DNA of 64,000 nucleotides from Candidatus Thorarchaeota archaeon SMTZ1-45 (GTDB lineage Archaea > Asgardarchaeota > Thorarchaeia > Thorarchaeales > Thorarchaeaceae). The notes under the pieces were generated by a model. That model had not been told where the DNA came from. It did not search any database and saw only the letters and a program-made list of their open reading frames with translations. The position numbers were made by a program, and so were the translations under genes. Each line of letters starts with the position of its first letter. Position 1 is the first letter of the stretch. Below, piece by piece: positions 1 through 9,887 of this stretch. The stretch covers positions 32,001 through 96,000 of the forward strand of contig LRSL01000069.1 of NCBI GenBank assembly GCA_001563335.1. Reading direction: 5' to 3'.

Positions 1-26
1 AGGAAGACCAAATAAGAGAGGTCGCT

Positions 27-434
27 ATGGATTTAGATGATGCTATTGAGTCAAGGAATATTGAACAGATAGTTTCATTCTTTGCTGACGATTGCGAGAT
101 AGAACTGATGGGAGTAACTCTTTCAGGAAAGGACGGAGCTAGAAAATGGCTTGAGTGGTTATTTGAAACCCTTGTTGAAATCAAGCTTGAACCTGTAATT
201 ATTATGGTTGATGGAAATGCCTTCTTTGAAGAGTTTATACTCATTGGTACTCTACCAAATGGAAAGACTGTCAAGTCTAAGCAATCTGAGGTATTAATCT
301 ATGAGAATTATAAAATCAAGAGTTTACGCTTATACTTTGATAGACTTGATTTTGCAGATGTGGTCGCAGAGGGTATCATTTCTAGAAGGATTGTCAAGAC
401 TCTGATAGCTCGTTCTCTGAGGGGGCTTCTCTGA
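27..434 (+). CDS. SnoaL-like / NTF2-family protein
   Basis: 135 aa; pattern 'IVSFFADDC...SGKDGARKW...KIKSLRLYFD' typical of SnoaL-like domains; GAGG RBS upstream. Confidence 0.7.
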   Translation: MDLDDAIESRNIEQIVSFFADDCEIELMGVTLSGKDGARKWLEWLFETLVEIKLEPVIIMVDGNAFFEEFILIGTLPNGKTVKSKQSEVLIYENYKIKSLRLYFDRLDFADVVAEGIISRRIVKTLIARSLRGLL

Positions 435-453
435 AAAGTTCATAATCAACTGG

Positions 454-822
454 TCAAACGAGTTCCTCAGCATCCGGTTGCCACTCTGGATATACAATAC
501 ACAAGAATTCTAGATTGATTTCGCCTGTGTTCTCGATAGACTGAACTGCTTTAGGTGGAATATAGATTGTATCTCCAGGACCTACTCTCTGTGTTTCATC
601 GTCAATATGCATCATGCCTTCTCCTTTGAGGATATAGTATACCTCTGAAGCAGTCTTGAATCTATGAGATAGCGAACATTTCTTCGGTGGAAGGGTGGCA
701 TGTGCTAGACTGTATCCGATATGGAGAGGGATTGTGTCATGTTTAGGATTAAGCATCTCTCGTATTATTGTACCATCAAGCGCAATAATTTCTTTGAGAT
801 CATTCAGTTTTTTTACAATCAT
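454..822 (-). CDS. Cupin domain protein
   Basis: Cupin motifs 'SH..K.ASEVYYILKGEG' and 'GPGDTIYIPP...SIENTG'; start taken at MIVKKL. Confidence 0.8.
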   Translation of the reverse strand: MIVKKLNDLKEIIALDGTIIREMLNPKHDTIPLHIGYSLAHATLPPKKCSLSHRFKTASEVYYILKGEGMMHIDDETQRVGPGDTIYIPPKAVQSIENTGEINLEFLCIVYPEWQPDAEELV

Positions 823-842
823 AGCAAAATCTCTCAATTATT

Positions 843-2042
843 TTAGAAATCTGGGGGGTTTTCAGCATACCACTTCGGGATCTTATCCATTGCCGGTTCA
901 TAGCCACTGAGGACATGACGACCAAGAATGAGTCTTTGTACCTCACTAGTCCCCTCATAGATTTGGTACAGTTTTGCATCTCGGAAAAGCTTCTCAAGTG
1001 GATATTGATCAATGTATCCATATCCACCATGGATTTGAAGTGCCTCACTTGCTATTTCCATTGCCGCATCAGTAGCGTATGCTTTGGCTACACTTGCGGG
1101 AACTGTAGCATCACCTATGTTGTCAGTGGTCCATGCAGCCTTAAGATACAAGGCTCTTGATGCTTCAATTTTCATGTACATTTCAGCCAATTTGAACTGA
1201 ATCACTTCAAATTCTCCCAATTTCTGAGTGAAAGCCTCTCGTTTATTGACATAATCTCTTGCATACTCCAGCGCAGCACGTGCAAGTCCTGTAGCAAAAG
1301 CTGCAATCGATGGGCGGGTCATGGCGAAAGTCTTCATGGCGATTCCAAAGCCGTTTCCCTCCCCACCAAGTATGTTCTCTTCAGGAATCTTGGCATCATG
1401 GAACATTACCGAAGAAGTAGTAGAGGCTCTGTGTCCCATCTTTTCAACAGGACGACCTGTCTTGACTCCTGGAGTGTCAGCATCCACAATAAAGGCGCAG
1501 AGTGCTTTGTGTCGTTTGCTCGGATCAAGACTGGCAAAGACTGTGAAATAATCAGCATGAGGTGCATTTGTGATCCAAAACTTTGACCCGTTGAGTAAGT
1601 AGTTACTCCCTTCTTTCTTTACTCGGGTTTGTATTCCAGCAACATCTGACCCCATGCCTGGTTCTGAGCAGGCAAAACTCACGAATTTGAGTTCCTCAGT
1701 AAGTGGGCGTAGATATTTTTCTTTTTGGTCATCTGTCCCAGCAACAAGAATTGGTTCAGCTCCTAGTGTGTTTACATAAATGCTGGTGGTCATTCCTGCA
1801 CATCCAGCAGCCATTTCCTCCACTGTAATACATTGTTCGATTGAACCTAGACCAGGACCTCCATACTGCTTTGGAATCGAGAGGTTCATGAGTCCTTCCT
1901 CCCAGCACTTTTGGATTATTGGACGTGGGAACTCTCCAGTCTTGTCATAGTAATGAGCATAGGGAATCATATACTCCTGTGCAAACCTTCTCGCTTTATT
2001 CTGCAACTCTTGTTGTTCATGTGTTAACCTGAAGTCCACCAT
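843..2042 (-). CDS. Acyl-CoA dehydrogenase
   Basis: Motifs SEPGMGSD, NGSKFWITNA, QIHGGYGY, IYEGTSEVQR. Confidence 0.95.
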   Translation of the reverse strand: MVDFRLTHEQQELQNKARRFAQEYMIPYAHYYDKTGEFPRPIIQKCWEEGLMNLSIPKQYGGPGLGSIEQCITVEEMAAGCAGMTTSIYVNTLGAEPILVAGTDDQKEKYLRPLTEELKFVSFACSEPGMGSDVAGIQTRVKKEGSNYLLNGSKFWITNAPHADYFTVFASLDPSKRHKALCAFIVDADTPGVKTGRPVEKMGHRASTTSSVMFHDAKIPEENILGGEGNGFGIAMKTFAMTRPSIAAFATGLARAALEYARDYVNKREAFTQKLGEFEVIQFKLAEMYMKIEASRALYLKAAWTTDNIGDATVPASVAKAYATDAAMEIASEALQIHGGYGYIDQYPLEKLFRDAKLYQIYEGTSEVQRLILGRHVLSGYEPAMDKIPKWYAENPPDF

Positions 2043-2133
2043 TATGCTCCCTCAATGGATTATCTAGTTTCAGACCTTTTTCAATTGGTATAAGTCAGTT
2101 GCTAAAGGGCTGTGGACTCATTCAAGGTACATA

Positions 2134-4398
2134 TTATGAAGTTGATGTGATGTGTCTTACAACTTCTGGAAGGTTCCATTTCAGCTCTAGTTCTAAAGCT
2201 CCGCCTTCAGGTCCTGGACATCGCCTGACGCATGTGCGACATGCAACGCAGAGCCAGAGATCTACTTCCACAGAACCAAATCCTGGAGCGTCATTCTCTA
2301 GGAGAATATCCTTTGAGGGCTTTGCTGTGGCAAGGTTCTGAACAGTCTTATAGAAAAGAGAACGATTGGAGGGTAATTGAGAGAGTGCTTCATCCGAGAT
2401 TTCAAAGAATTTGGTCACCTCGATTCGTGGTTCAAGCTCAATTGCATCCTCAGGACAAGAAATCTCGCAAGACTTACAACCAAGGCATTTCGATTGTTCC
2501 CATTCAATTGTTCCGAATCCCAGTAGAGGTGCATAACCCATTTGATTTCTGTACTCATCAAGAACTGATGGAACATCAACATCTACTAAATCCTCGAGAG
2601 TGACCTTTGGCCTCGTGCTTGGTATCTTTGCACGGGTCCGATAGGCAAGTAAGACTGCTGATCGTATTTTGTCCTCCACCTCGTTTAGTGTGGGTTCATC
2701 AATCAGTGCACCATTGACACGTATTGATGCTAGTTTGTCACGAGCTTTTGAGAAGACTTCCAAAGAGTTTGCTAGTTTCCCAATGTCGGGTGCTTTCAGT
2801 TCATTCAATATTCTTTGAAGCTCCATCTTGGCTTCCGAGAGTTGGAGAGCAAGGGTAGATGCTGTTTGGATTGTGATTTCTGCCTCAGATGGTGTTCTGG
2901 GTACATCATATAGGATGTATCCATGACTCTCACCAGCAATAGTGAGAAGTTCATCACGTTTCATTCTAAGAAGATGTCTGAGAATTCTATCCTGTGGAAT
3001 ATTTGTCCTCTCAGCAAGGTCATGAGCAGTGAGAGCTCCCAGTTCTCTAATCAGAATCAAGATTGTACCTCTCTCGAGCTCATTATCGAGATAGGTATCC
3101 ATCATTGTCTGGTACACTTCAGGGTCCAATTTTTCGCCATAGACGTTTGTGCCAGATACAAGGTTGGGACCCTTCTCCAAAGTGATTTTCAGACGAAACC
3201 GAGCAAAAGCTTCAAGTCCTGCTGAAACAAGAAGTCTGAGGTTTTCGGCATCATCAGATGTTTGAGTATTCAAAATTGCTTCGGTGACTCTGTCAATTGT
3301 TTCTCTTAACTTATTGATTGGTCCTGAAAGCTCAGTTTCATCATAGTTTCTCAAAATCTGTAAGCGTTCAAGTAATGATTGTAATTTTAGTAGAAATTCA
3401 TTTGCAGCATCAGAAAGGTCATCTTTCAGCGATTTGACCATTCCACGGACCTGTTGCACAATTCTCTTTAGAACTAGAGTTGTGTTTGGTGTTTCTGTGA
3501 AGACCTGAGAAAAGACAGGAGCGTCGCCATCAAGGCCGACCATCTCGATTTCGCCTCGTTGTATCATGGTAATAAGTGCGCTCTGAACTGTTTGAGATGA
3601 GGTCTGCATGAGTTCTCCTATTTGAATGACGGTCTTGGAACCCATTTTTCCAAGAATGAACATAATCACTCCACGATTGGCTTCGGTGAGCATATTCTCT
3701 ATGACAAGCTTGGCATACCTTGATTCATCAATTCGTTCTTCTCGTTTTCCTCGTTTGATTTGAGCAATAGCCCTCAGTCCAGGTCCATACCGGGTCTTTG
3801 TACTAAGTTTTTGAAGCTCATCCAGAGCTAAATCAGGATCTGATCCAGCTTTTGTTTTAGCTTCGATGAGGATTTTAACCAAAGAAACTAGTTCATCTTG
3901 GGCAGATTTTGCCTCTGACTTTGCAGTCCTTTCGAGTTTGTCTGTAATTGATTCTATTTCAGCAATCAGGTCAGCTAGTATTGAAAGAGTGTGAGTCATA
4001 TCCACGTCAATGCTAGTTACGCGAGTTTCTTCAACCTCAGTCATTCTAGTAAGGGCAGTATTGAGTAAATCTTTCAGTCCTTTCAGTGATTCAGATTCAG
4101 CTTTTGATACAGCACCTTCGAGATTGGAGATTGCTTCTTTGAGAATGCCTCTGTCGCTTATTTCAGAAACCGTGTTACTTTTCTCAACAGCTTTGAAGAA
4201 CTCCTCATAGTATGAGTCTGGGAATGCAAGAATTGCGTCAGTCAAAGGTGCTAACTCTACCTTAAGATTATCAAGCTCCTCCTTTACTCTACTAAGGGGA
4301 ATTGCAGACTCTTCTTTAAGACCACCGAGAGCTAATATCATGTCCAACATGCGTTGCCGCTTTGGAGCAATAGGTTTCTCAGGAGTTGAATGACTCAT
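2134..4398 (-). CDS. Helical/winged-helix protein with C-terminal 2x[4Fe-4S] ferredoxin domain (last gene of hdr operon)
   Basis: CLGCKSCEISCP and CVACRTCVRRCP at C-terminus; two wHTH-like segments; ATGA overlap with upstream hdrA stop and GGAGGTGA RBS. Confidence 0.7.
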   Translation of the reverse strand: MSHSTPEKPIAPKRQRMLDMILALGGLKEESAIPLSRVKEELDNLKVELAPLTDAILAFPDSYYEEFFKAVEKSNTVSEISDRGILKEAISNLEGAVSKAESESLKGLKDLLNTALTRMTEVEETRVTSIDVDMTHTLSILADLIAEIESITDKLERTAKSEAKSAQDELVSLVKILIEAKTKAGSDPDLALDELQKLSTKTRYGPGLRAIAQIKRGKREERIDESRYAKLVIENMLTEANRGVIMFILGKMGSKTVIQIGELMQTSSQTVQSALITMIQRGEIEMVGLDGDAPVFSQVFTETPNTTLVLKRIVQQVRGMVKSLKDDLSDAANEFLLKLQSLLERLQILRNYDETELSGPINKLRETIDRVTEAILNTQTSDDAENLRLLVSAGLEAFARFRLKITLEKGPNLVSGTNVYGEKLDPEVYQTMMDTYLDNELERGTILILIRELGALTAHDLAERTNIPQDRILRHLLRMKRDELLTIAGESHGYILYDVPRTPSEAEITIQTASTLALQLSEAKMELQRILNELKAPDIGKLANSLEVFSKARDKLASIRVNGALIDEPTLNEVEDKIRSAVLLAYRTRAKIPSTRPKVTLEDLVDVDVPSVLDEYRNQMGYAPLLGFGTIEWEQSKCLGCKSCEISCPEDAIELEPRIEVTKFFEISDEALSQLPSNRSLFYKTVQNLATAKPSKDILLENDAPGFGSVEVDLWLCVACRTCVRRCPGPEGGALELELKWNLPEVVRHITSTS

Positions 4399-6560
4399 TC
4401 GGTCACCTCCATCCACTTCCCTGCAGTCCCTTCATGGACCGGTGTGGGTCCCAACTTTTTCGCACGTTCCACCATCTCATTAATTGCGTTGGTGAAGCGT
4501 TCAGGCTCTGCGCTGAACATTCTGAACATATCCACTCGTTCGCCTATCCAACCAATAGCATTCAAGATATCTTGGGCAACATCTACCTGCACCTGAGCAA
4601 TCTCGTTCCCGGTTCCTCCTATGTGACATCGGTCTTTCTCACAAGCAGCAATCATGACAGTGCTAGCACCACTTTCGAAGGCTTTGAGGAGGTCTATGAT
4701 ACTGACACGACCTGCGCAGGGGACCGGGATAAGACGTGTGCTAGCGGGGTACTCCATTCTTCTAGTTCCAACGATGTCGATTGTAGATACAGAGCATTCT
4801 TCGCAATAGAAGCAGAGCGTGATTGGATATTCTGAACCTGCACCTTCCAATGTAGCATCAATCTCAGACCATAGCTGTTCGTTGGATAAGAAATTGAGCT
4901 GAGTAGCACCAGAGGGACATAAACTCTGGCAGACGCCACAGGAGTGGCAGTTTAGAGTATCAATTGCTGCTTTGAATAGAATTTTTTGTTCTTCGTCAGT
5001 TTCTTCTGCCTCAGTCTGCTCAATCATTAGAGGAACTCCACGTGGGCATTGTTGGGCACAAAGGCTACATCCAACACAGTCATCTACCTCTAATACAGCA
5101 CCGCGTGAAATTAATTTGATTTTTCCACCCTGTAGTTCATTGTGAATTATGAGGGCACCAGCTTGAGCATCTGTCACAGCCTCAAACACAAATTGAGGAC
5201 GAGTGACTCCTCCTACTGCAACAACGCCACGGCGGCGAGTTTCGTTCCTTCTTAGCTTACCATAGAGTTCCTTCACATGTCCATCATCTTCGATGGCATA
5301 TCCTAATGTTTCGGAAAGCTCGAAGGTCCCATCAGGAGGAAGAACTGCAGAGGAGAGGACGAGGAGATCTACAGGTGTTTCTAGATATTTATCGAGTAAA
5401 GAGTCGTAGACTCGTACATATGTGGTATCATCTTTCTCCCAGGTCATACTTACTCGGCCACGTATATAGTCAATACCCTTCTCACGTGACTCTTTGTATA
5501 TCATCTCGTTCTCGAATGGAACTCTGATGTCCATGTAGACTATCCTGACATTGGCTTCGGGTATTTTTTCAAGGATTTCTAGAGAATTATCAATCGCAAA
5601 GGTGCAGCATAGTTTACTACAGTCCTTTTTGTAATCTTCATCTCTACTGCCAACACACTGAACCATCACAACATCTTTGATTGGGCGCCCATTAGACGGT
5701 CGGACTAAATCACCACTAGAGAGCATGCATGAAAGCTCGAACTGTGTGATGACGTCTGGATTCTTTCCATAGCGGTATTCTTCCATGGATGTAGGTTTGA
5801 ACTCCTTAAATCCAGTGGCTAATACTATGGCAGAAGTGTTCATGGTCTTTTCTTCTTTACCATCAGATAAATAGTGAACATTGAAGTTACCCATCTCGCC
5901 GGTAACATACCTGACTTTAGTGTTGGTCAATATTGTGATACTATTGTCATTCTGAAGTGCATCCAATCGACCACTAAGTATCTCTTTACCTGACTTTCCT
6001 GTAGGAGCAACTATGGGAAGACTTCTGACATGTCCTCCTAGCTCATCTGTCAATTCTATAAGAGAAACCCTGTATCCAAGATTGGAGAGACTAAGTGCAG
6101 ATTCAATACCTGCAATCCCGCCCCCAATAACTGTGACATGCGGGGTGATTTCCTTTTGTTCGAGTGATCGCTTTGTCGATTTTGCAGATCTGGCAAGTGT
6201 CCCACGGATCATATCCAAAGACTTCTTGTTTGCTTCATCCAAGTCTTTGTGTACCCATGCTGAGTGTTCTCTAATATTGACGTACTGAATCTGTGAGCTG
6301 TTAATGCCCTTTGAGTCCAAATAATGATCAATCCGTGGCTGAATTTTCTGACTGGAACATGCAGCAATAACGAGATGTTCGTCACCTTCTTTGAGCAGTT
6401 CTGCGATTTTCTCCAGACCTTCCTCTTGACAGACTGTATCATGAACAGTGACTGAGGCAGTCAGGTTCATCTTTCTGACTTGAGTTTCTAGAAAGTCAAA
6501 TCCCAATTGAAGCTGTTTGCCACAGGTGCAGATGAGTACTACTGATTTGCTGTCATCCAT
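4395..6560 (-). CDS. hdrA: Heterodisulfide reductase subunit A-like flavoprotein fused to MvhD (QmoB-like architecture)
   Basis: CTCG..C..C N-terminal domain, NIREH, GGGIAG FAD motif, QCVGSRD..CSKLCC, two CxxCxxCxxxCP, MvhD motifs 'FYCEEC...IPVPCAGRV...ACEKDRCH'. Confidence 0.9.
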   Translation of the reverse strand: MDDSKSVVLICTCGKQLQLGFDFLETQVRKMNLTASVTVHDTVCQEEGLEKIAELLKEGDEHLVIAACSSQKIQPRIDHYLDSKGINSSQIQYVNIREHSAWVHKDLDEANKKSLDMIRGTLARSAKSTKRSLEQKEITPHVTVIGGGIAGIESALSLSNLGYRVSLIELTDELGGHVRSLPIVAPTGKSGKEILSGRLDALQNDNSITILTNTKVRYVTGEMGNFNVHYLSDGKEEKTMNTSAIVLATGFKEFKPTSMEEYRYGKNPDVITQFELSCMLSSGDLVRPSNGRPIKDVVMVQCVGSRDEDYKKDCSKLCCTFAIDNSLEILEKIPEANVRIVYMDIRVPFENEMIYKESREKGIDYIRGRVSMTWEKDDTTYVRVYDSLLDKYLETPVDLLVLSSAVLPPDGTFELSETLGYAIEDDGHVKELYGKLRRNETRRRGVVAVGGVTRPQFVFEAVTDAQAGALIIHNELQGGKIKLISRGAVLEVDDCVGCSLCAQQCPRGVPLMIEQTEAEETDEEQKILFKAAIDTLNCHSCGVCQSLCPSGATQLNFLSNEQLWSEIDATLEGAGSEYPITLCFYCEECSVSTIDIVGTRRMEYPASTRLIPVPCAGRVSIIDLLKAFESGASTVMIAACEKDRCHIGGTGNEIAQVQVDVAQDILNAIGWIGERVDMFRMFSAEPERFTNAINEMVERAKKLGPTPVHEGTAGKWMEVTE

Positions 6561-6569
6561 CTGTCAATT

Positions 6570-7820
6570 TCACTTCCTGCTCTGGAGAATTTTAGACACA
6601 ACTGCTCGAGCTTGGGTCACGCTCTCAGGAACCTCTGCAGGGCCCAATGCTGTGCCACATGCATAGACATGATCACCTACAACAACTTCATTCTCTGAAG
6701 CTGGATCTGCGATTCCTACAAATCCACTTGCAGACCTTAATCCGAGTGTTTCGATAAGTTTGTTAGTACCATCTGGGGGCTCTAAGGCTGAGGAAAGGAC
6801 AAAGAGATCTACTTTGAATTTGAGGTACTTGTTCAGAAGTGAGTCATAGACTGTTATGTCTAAGGTGTCATCTTCATTAGACTGAATGAGAGAAACTCTA
6901 CCTCGAATAAATTCCACTCCTGAGTTTCGAGCGTCACGGTAGTATCGCTCATACCTGTCATATGTACGGATATCCATGTACACAACACTGACTCGAACAT
7001 CTTCTCGTTCTTGTGTTAGAATGTTAGCATGCTTGAGTGCAAATATGCAACATATCTTGGAGCAAAATGGATAGTAGTTCTCGTCCCTACTTCCGACACA
7101 CTGCACCATCATTACTTGTTTTGCGGGTTTCCCGTCAGATGGCTTTACGAGTGCGCCACTTGATTCTCCATTGGGGTCGATTATCTTAGCCAGTTCAAGC
7201 TGAGTTATTATGTTGGGATGTTTTCCATAGCTATACTCATCCACATTGACTGGTTGCATCTCATGATACCCAGTTGCAATGATAATATCAGAGATTTGGA
7301 CTGTTTCTTCAGTAGGTTGCGCATCCAAATTGATTGCCTTTGTCGGACAGTCCTCTTCAGCCTGTCTGGCACCATCATCTTCTCTTTCAGGGTTATAGAC
7401 AACAGCTTGTGGTTGACACTGTGGCGAGATTAGACGAAATGCCTTTGATTTTTCAATACAGAGTCCGCACATCGTGCATTTCTTTGGATTGACATATTCT
7501 GGACCAACATTGAGCTTTACTGTGAACTTACCTGGTGTGCCCGATATCTCATCCACTTCACTATTCATTCTCAGTGTTATGTTAGGTTGGTCCGTGAGCG
7601 CGCTCCTATAGAAACACTTTCGAATTCCCGGGCGCCAACGGTTTCCCTCAAAGCAATAGAAACAGTCATCAGTTGGAAACGCCTTGTAGAGGTCTAGAGC
7701 ATTACCACCTACGGTTTCCTGGCGTTCAATAAGGATCGTCTTAATTCCTGAGTCTGCAAGCTCAACAGCGGCTGTCAGTCCTGCAACGCCGGCTCCAATG
7801 ATGAGGACCGGATTAGACAC
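6570..7820 (-). CDS. hdrA: Short HdrA-like flavoprotein (QmoA-like size)
   Basis: GAGVAG FAD motif, FPTDDCFYC, QCVGSRD..CSKICC, YMDIR, inserted partial ferredoxin. Confidence 0.85.
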   Translation of the reverse strand: MSNPVLIIGAGVAGLTAAVELADSGIKTILIERQETVGGNALDLYKAFPTDDCFYCFEGNRWRPGIRKCFYRSALTDQPNITLRMNSEVDEISGTPGKFTVKLNVGPEYVNPKKCTMCGLCIEKSKAFRLISPQCQPQAVVYNPEREDDGARQAEEDCPTKAINLDAQPTEETVQISDIIIATGYHEMQPVNVDEYSYGKHPNIITQLELAKIIDPNGESSGALVKPSDGKPAKQVMMVQCVGSRDENYYPFCSKICCIFALKHANILTQEREDVRVSVVYMDIRTYDRYERYYRDARNSGVEFIRGRVSLIQSNEDDTLDITVYDSLLNKYLKFKVDLFVLSSALEPPDGTNKLIETLGLRSASGFVGIADPASENEVVVGDHVYACGTALGPAEVPESVTQARAVVSKILQSRK

Positions 7821-7831
7821 TCTTCTTCACC

Positions 7832-8698
7832 TCATCCGGTTAAATGATCCAAAATTGGGTCTGCGGGAACCCTGTTCATGCTAAGCCCAACTTCTTCTTC
7901 ATCCATCCCCAATGCTAAACCAAGTATTTGAGGATAAAGAAGTACTGGCAGGTTGTATTCTTCTCCATATGATTCTTTCAAACCAAGCTGTTGCAAATCT
8001 AATTGGTTTCCACATGCAGGACAGACCACAGTAATGAATTCTGCTCCAGACTCTTTCATTGACTTTAACTTATCACGGGCCAATCTAATCCCAAGGTTTT
8101 CATCGACAGGAAGAACAGTTGCACCACAGCATTGTTTCCAAATTGGATACTCTACAACTGAAGCTCCGGTAACCTGAATTAATTCGTCTAGATACTCTGG
8201 TCTGAACTCGGTCACATCGGCAGGACGAAGAACATGACAGCCATAGTGAATTGCAATTCCTACACCGTCTAGTGGCTTCGTGATTTTCTTCCGAATTTCT
8301 TCAATTCCGATGTCATTGTATAGTGCTTCTACAAAATGTCGAGGGGTGATTGTGCCTTTGAATTCGAGACCATCCTTCTTCAGTAAGGCATTGACTTTCT
8401 TTCTATAGTCATCGTCATGCTTGAGAAAATGGTGTGTGTCCTTGAGAGATCCAAAGCATCCATTACACGGCGTGACGATATCATAGCCATTCTTTTCTGC
8501 AATTGCTAAGGTTCTTGCATTTACTATGAGCCATCCCATGTAGTCAATGGCACGAAGATTAGGGCTTCCGCAGCAGGCGACTCCTTCCATGTACTCTAGT
8601 TGCATGTCAAAAGCTGTAGCAACTTTGATCATAGCAGCCTCGTAATTTGGATAGTTTGCAGGCACACTACAGCCCATATATAGATTGTAAATTGGCAT
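7832..8698 (-). CDS. hdrB: Heterodisulfide reductase subunit B
   Basis: Two CCG domains (GC..CCG..PCNGC; HYGCH..CCG..CPAC). Confidence 0.92.
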   Translation of the reverse strand: MPIYNLYMGCSVPANYPNYEAAMIKVATAFDMQLEYMEGVACCGSPNLRAIDYMGWLIVNARTLAIAEKNGYDIVTPCNGCFGSLKDTHHFLKHDDDYRKKVNALLKKDGLEFKGTITPRHFVEALYNDIGIEEIRKKITKPLDGVGIAIHYGCHVLRPADVTEFRPEYLDELIQVTGASVVEYPIWKQCCGATVLPVDENLGIRLARDKLKSMKESGAEFITVVCPACGNQLDLQQLGLKESYGEEYNLPVLLYPQILGLALGMDEEEVGLSMNRVPADPILDHLTG

Positions 8699-8699
8699 C

Positions 8700-9242
8700 C
8701 TACTTATCACCACTCACAAGCTTGCCCGTTCTGGTTTCTTTCAGGATATTCTTAACAGGATCAACTGCTAGACCAGGCACTTCAGGTTCTAGATCCATGT
8801 CTTCTCGCTCCCAATCAGCTGTAACAATATAGAGCTGACCTTTCTCAAGTAGTTCTTTACCTAGACCTATGATATTCTGGGGCACCTTACCTTCTTCGGC
8901 AGCTAAATTCTTGCAGTCAAAGAAAATGTCTGTGACTCGCACTTTCTGAGGACAACGCTCTTGGCATTGAAAACATGTCAAACAGAGCCAAATCTCATCA
9001 GAAGAGAGAACGTCATCACGCATTCCTAGAAGTATCATTCGAATCAGTTGATGCGGTTTATATTTCCAGATATTTGCAATGGGACATGCAGCAGTGCATG
9101 TAGAACAAGCAAAACAAGCAGAAAGTTCTTCCCCGTTTGGCATACTATGAATCTCTTCGCGAAACTTGGTATCTAGTTTTGACATTTCAATCGGGTCAAT
9201 CAATGTGACTGGGGGTCCAGTCGATTCTTTCGTTTCAGCCAT
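8700..9242 (-). CDS. hdrC: Heterodisulfide reductase subunit C
   Basis: CFACSTCTAACP and IWLCLTCFQCQERCP; directly upstream of hdrB. Confidence 0.92.
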   Translation of the reverse strand: MAETKESTGPPVTLIDPIEMSKLDTKFREEIHSMPNGEELSACFACSTCTAACPIANIWKYKPHQLIRMILLGMRDDVLSSDEIWLCLTCFQCQERCPQKVRVTDIFFDCKNLAAEEGKVPQNIIGLGKELLEKGQLYIVTADWEREDMDLEPEVPGLAVDPVKNILKETRTGKLVSGDK

Positions 9243-9370
9243 GGGTAAGCACCACATGTATGTTGTATATTTAGGCTATTCAGCCAGTTGGCTGAGCGAT
9301 TTTGTAGCCCATATTAAAAGTTTGCAGAAACGACGAATAATTGAATAAACTGTAATTGGACTTTCGATAA

Positions 9371-9559
9371 TCAATCTGGAAGTCCCTTCAGATATATCAG
9401 GCGAAGCATACCCAATGTGCACAGGACTACTACAGATACATACAAAATAGGAGCAAGAATGCCCCAAGATGATGAGGGGTAAGTCAGTCCGCCCACTATT
9501 GCAAGTGCAATACATACTAAACCAGCAAGATTGAAGATCCATTTCCTGTGTAATGACAT
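9371..9559 (-). CDS. Small two-TM membrane protein (hypothetical)
   Basis: MSLHRKW... 62 aa with two hydrophobic helices; same strand as neighbours. Confidence 0.5.
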   Translation of the reverse strand: MSLHRKWIFNLAGLVCIALAIVGGLTYPSSSWGILAPILYVSVVVLCTLGMLRLIYLKGLPD

Positions 9560-9599
9560 GAATTTAGCAGTCCCCAATGGACTCTTAGGACTTTCTATA

Positions 9600-9887
9600 C
9601 TATAGCGCTTGGACCATCTCATTAATTCTTTCAACTCGTACTCTCAAGTCATCATATGGATTTAACGAAATTTGGCGTATTTCCGTACTTGTTCTGATTA
9701 GGTATGCCTTGAGATCCTCCACGTTGCCCTTCATTTTAGTGAGGATTGGACTCCCTTCACCTAGTAATCTAAGGGTGTTAGTAAGTGCTATCTGGAATTT
9801 ATCATGTTCAATGGTAATTCTATCACGAGCTTCATTGATGAAACCAATTAGAGAAGCAATTTCAGTAATTAAGTCCTCTTTCTTCAT
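9600..9887 (-). CDS. Hypothetical helical protein
   Basis: 95 aa; start overlaps GINS15 stop (ATGA), GAGGA RBS. Confidence 0.65.
   Translation of the reverse strand: MKKEDLITEIASLIGFINEARDRITIEHDKFQIALTNTLRLLGEGSPILTKMKGNVEDLKAYLIRTSTEIRQISLNPYDDLRVRVERINEMVQAL

Noticed and set aside
4395-7820. Selenocysteine recoding or frameshift joining the two hdrA ORFs
   Set aside because: Each ORF has its own start and complete motif set; catalytic positions are Cys; domain order does not fit one interrupted HdrA
9276-9542. Alternative 88-aa ORF overlapping the two-TM protein
   Set aside because: Cys-rich, non-protein-like composition; the other frame gives a coherent membrane protein
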